64,000 nt of DNA from Candidatus Poribacteria bacterium (lineage in GTDB: Bacteria > Poribacteria > WGA-4E > PCPOR2b): contig OZ220744.1 of assembly GCA_965116925.1 (NCBI GenBank), positions 640,001-704,000 of the forward strand, given 5' to 3'. Shown here one piece after another: positions 61,172 to 64,000 of this stretch (its first letter is position 1; each line of letters begins with the position of its first letter). Made by a program: the position numbers and the translations under genes. The notes under the pieces were generated by a model, which saw only the letters and a program-made list of their open reading frames with translations, ran no database searches and was not told the DNA's origin.

Positions 61172-61211
61172 GAATTCAGTCCAACCCGATAAATAGGGAG
61201 GACAACCAAAC

Positions 61212-61685
61212 ATGAACACCGCTCCCAAACATCGAAGCCACAACCTCCGCAAAGGCAGAGCTTCCATACAAGGCACATATTACCACATCATCATCTGTAC
61301 ACACCAGCGACAGAAAATGCTAATGGACCCCACAATTGCATCAATTATCTTCAAAACATTCGATTGGCTCGAAACAGAGAACCGCCAAGAATGGGTATGT
61401 ATCTTGGTGATGCCGGATCATGTACACACGATTATTAAACTTGAACAAGGGCAGACCCTAGGACAAGTTTTGCATTCGATGAAACGCTTTACCGCCCGTG
61501 AGATTAACAAACATCTATCCCGGACGGGCTCCGTCTGGCAGCAAGGTTATAGCGATTGGGGCATTCGGGACGAGACGGTCTTAAACAAAACAATCCGCTA
61601 TTGTTATGTGAACCCTGTGAGAGCGGGTATAGTAGGGTCAGCTCGAGATTATCCGTATTGGCGGTGCAAGTTCCAGATGGAATAA
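61212..61685 (+). CDS. REP-associated tyrosine transposase (RAYT, HUH Y1 family)
   Basis: LRKGR.S, MPDHVH (HUH), VWQQGY.D, Y...NP.RAG.V....DYP.W; SD GGAGG; flanked by inverted GTAG REPs. Confidence 0.9.
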   Translation: MNTAPKHRSHNLRKGRASIQGTYYHIIICTHQRQKMLMDPTIASIIFKTFDWLETENRQEWVCILVMPDHVHTIIKLEQGQTLGQVLHSMKRFTAREINKHLSRTGSVWQQGYSDWGIRDETVLNKTIRYCYVNPVRAGIVGSARDYPYWRCKFQME

Positions 61686-62085
61686 TCGCTGTAGTATCGG
61701 TTGAAACGGCGCAGTTGAAAACAGCGCCTACCAGACAGGAGAACGGTACGGGCGGTTACAAACCGCACGGTGCAAGTTCCAGATGGAATAATCGCTGTAG
61801 TATCGGTTGAAACGGCGCAGTTGAAAACAGCGCCTACCAGACAGGAGAACGGTATGGGCGGTTACAAACCGCACGGTGCAAATTCCAGATGGAATAGTCG
61901 CCGTAATGTCAGTTGAACCGGCGCACTTGGAAACAGCGTCTACCAGACAGGAGAACGGTACGGGCGGTTACAAACCGCACGGTGCAAATTCCAGATGGAA
62001 TAATCGCTGTAGTATCGGTTGAAACGGCGCAGTTGAAAACAGCGCCTACCAGACGGGAGAACGGTACGGACGGTTACAAACCGCA
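61662..62085. repeat. Tandem array, 106-bp unit x 4, each with the RAYT 3' end and two opposed REPs
   Basis: Units start at 61662, 61768, 61874 and 61980. Confidence 0.93.
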
Positions 62086-62177
62086 CTAGGCATCGCTCGG
62101 AAATTACCGAATTAATAAATTAAACTTCATACAAAAACTCGGTTAATCGTTGAGACAATCTTCGTATCGGAGGACAC

Positions 62178-63644
62178 ATGCAACCCAATATTCTTATCTT
62201 TATGACCGATCAAGAACAAGCCGATGTGGTGCATCCAGACCATCCATGTATCACACCAAATGCTACGAGGTTAGCGCAGGAGGGGGTTCTTTTTAACCGT
62301 TCATTCTGTCCAACGGCACATTGCTGCCCCTCACGCGCAACATTTATGACAGGCGTATATCCCAGTCGGCACGGCATCTACAACAATGTCAGCAATCCGA
62401 CCGCCATCCACCACGAACTCTACGAAGGTGTCGGGATGTTCAGTGAGACACTCCGATCTTCGGGCTACAATTTGGCGTATGCCGGGAAATGGCATGTCAC
62501 CGACGCCGAGAACCCATCCGACCGCGGTTGGGAGGATCTGCACCTGACGGGGGGCAAAGGCAGCTACATGCACCGTTCAGTGGCGCAATGGCAAGAACAA
62601 GCCAAACAACCCGAATCGACAGAACGCCAGCGTGGGCAAATTCTCCGTCCCGGTTGGGGACACTACCAGTTGTATCAATCCTACCCGACCGACACACCGA
62701 AAGGCTACGAAGATCACCGAGATTATCGCGTTGTCCAATCTGGGATAGAGGCGTTGGGGCGACTGTCCCAAGCCGATGCGCCGTGGTGCCTATACATCGG
62801 ACCGAGCGGGCCCCACGACCCATTCATCGTGCCGGAGCGTTTCGCCCAAATGTATGACCCCAAAGAAATTCCGCTGCCCCCAAACTACCACGACACATTG
62901 GAAGACAAACCCCGCGCCTATCAGCGAGCGCGTCAGCAGTATTGGGATCAACTTTCGGAGGACGAAGTGCGCGAGTCCCTCCAGCACTATTGGGGATACT
63001 GCACAATGGAGGACGCGATGTTCGGTGAGGTGCTTGAGACACTGGAGGAGACAGGGCAGGCGGATAACACCCTTGTGCTACGAATGAGCGACCACGGCGA
63101 TTACTGCGGTGCACACGGCTTGTACCTCAAAGGGGTGCCGGCGTTCCGTGAGGCTTATAACATCGCCACAATTGCCCGTTGGCCCCAAGGGATCGCCAAT
63201 CCCAACCGCGAAGTCGATGACTTTGTCAGCCTCGCCGATTTCGCACCCACCTTCATCGAATTAGGGGGCGAATCCGTACCAGATGACCTGACAGGGAGGA
63301 GCCTCGTGCCATTCCTGAAAGACGAAACCCCCTCCGATTGGACGGACGCATTCTACACGCAATTCAACGGCGTTGAGCTGTATTACAGCCAGCGCGTTGT
63401 CACTACCAAAGAGTTCAAATACGTCTACAACGGCTTCGACTTCGACGAGGTATACGATCTGCGGAACGACCCGCACGAAATGGTGAACCTCAGCGACCAC
63501 CCCGATTATCAGGAGGTGAAGCGCGATTTGGTGCGTCGGATGTGGCGGTTCGCAGGACGCGAGGACGACATCATCTTCAACCCGTATGCAACGGTGGCAT
63601 TTGCGCCGTGGGGCCCCGCCGATGCCCTGCGCGATGAAGCGTAA
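62178..63644 (+). CDS. Sulfatase (formylglycine-dependent)
   Basis: PNILIFMTDQ, C.PSRA..MTG, GKWH, PH.P, SDHG, YDL..DP.E..N. Confidence 0.93.
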   Translation: MQPNILIFMTDQEQADVVHPDHPCITPNATRLAQEGVLFNRSFCPTAHCCPSRATFMTGVYPSRHGIYNNVSNPTAIHHELYEGVGMFSETLRSSGYNLAYAGKWHVTDAENPSDRGWEDLHLTGGKGSYMHRSVAQWQEQAKQPESTERQRGQILRPGWGHYQLYQSYPTDTPKGYEDHRDYRVVQSGIEALGRLSQADAPWCLYIGPSGPHDPFIVPERFAQMYDPKEIPLPPNYHDTLEDKPRAYQRARQQYWDQLSEDEVRESLQHYWGYCTMEDAMFGEVLETLEETGQADNTLVLRMSDHGDYCGAHGLYLKGVPAFREAYNIATIARWPQGIANPNREVDDFVSLADFAPTFIELGGESVPDDLTGRSLVPFLKDETPSDWTDAFYTQFNGVELYYSQRVVTTKEFKYVYNGFDFDEVYDLRNDPHEMVNLSDHPDYQEVKRDLVRRMWRFAGREDDIIFNPYATVAFAPWGPADALRDEA

Positions 63645-63658
63645 AGAGGAGTAACTTC

Positions 63659-64000
63659 ATGGCAACCCTTAAAGGTATCATTCGAGACAGCGTTTCAGGT
63701 GCCTCCGTCGAGGCGAAAGTCCATGTCCTGACCAGTAGCGGCAATTTCGTCCACCCTGCGGATAGTATTCTGAAAATTGGCCCGGGCGACCCGTTTTTCT
63801 ACTGTCCGGGGGAGTTTACTGTGGATGTGCCGCGCGGTTCAACGGACATCGTGGTTGAACGTGGCACCGAGTACGAACCTCTGCGCAAGGTCGTTTCGAT
63901 GCCCGCAAAGGGGGCAGTTGAAGTTGAGTTACATCTCAAACGGTGGGCAGATCTGCCATCGCAGGGCTGGTATCCGGGGAATACACATCTGCACTACAAT
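63659..64000 (+). CDS. 5' part of a probable CehA/McbA-like (PHP) metallohydrolase; runs off the window
   Basis: SD GAGGAG; MATLKGIIRD...VERG.EY...GWYPGNTHLHY; open to the window end. Confidence 0.7.
   Translation, partial: MATLKGIIRDSVSGASVEAKVHVLTSSGNFVHPADSILKIGPGDPFFYCPGEFTVDVPRGSTDIVVERGTEYEPLRKVVSMPAKGAVEVELHLKRWADLPSQGWYPGNTHLHYN

Noticed and set aside
61212..61685. IS200/IS605 insertion sequence
   Set aside because: No tnpB; the motifs (LRKGR, WQ.GY.D, NP.RAG) and flanking GTAG REPs fit RAYT better.
61662..62085. Possible CRISPR or guide array next to a nuclease
   Set aside because: Whole units are repeated with no variable spacers; the adjacent gene is an HUH RAYT, not a Cas or TnpB protein.

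Overview
Bacterial chromosomal window of about 50% GC, most likely Candidatus Poribacteria. This is inferred from PhyH dioxygenases, a sulfatase, many sugar and enolase-superfamily enzymes, and secreted proteins ending in an 'LLQNYPNPFNPETWIPY' domain. It holds about 50 CDS plus tRNA-Arg(CCT). Accessory content includes an AT-rich restriction-modification island (putative extra nuclease, C protein, ScaI-family REase, MTase) and a PrdB/GrdB-like selenoprotein that the ORF track splits at an in-frame TGA. A sigma-54 module consists of a sensor-less activator, a -24/-12 promoter, a small secreted protein and three mosaic paralogous envelope proteins. There is also a glycine-zipper/membrane-protein pair. 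The most striking non-genic signal is a dense, nested population of REPs, MITEs and short palindromes. It includes a RAYT transposase locus whose two flanks reconstitute a dispersed ~115-bp MITE that sits in the centre of other hairpin repeats, and a 4x106-bp array that amplifies the RAYT gene's own 3' end. All family assignments come from motif recognition by eye; no searches were run.
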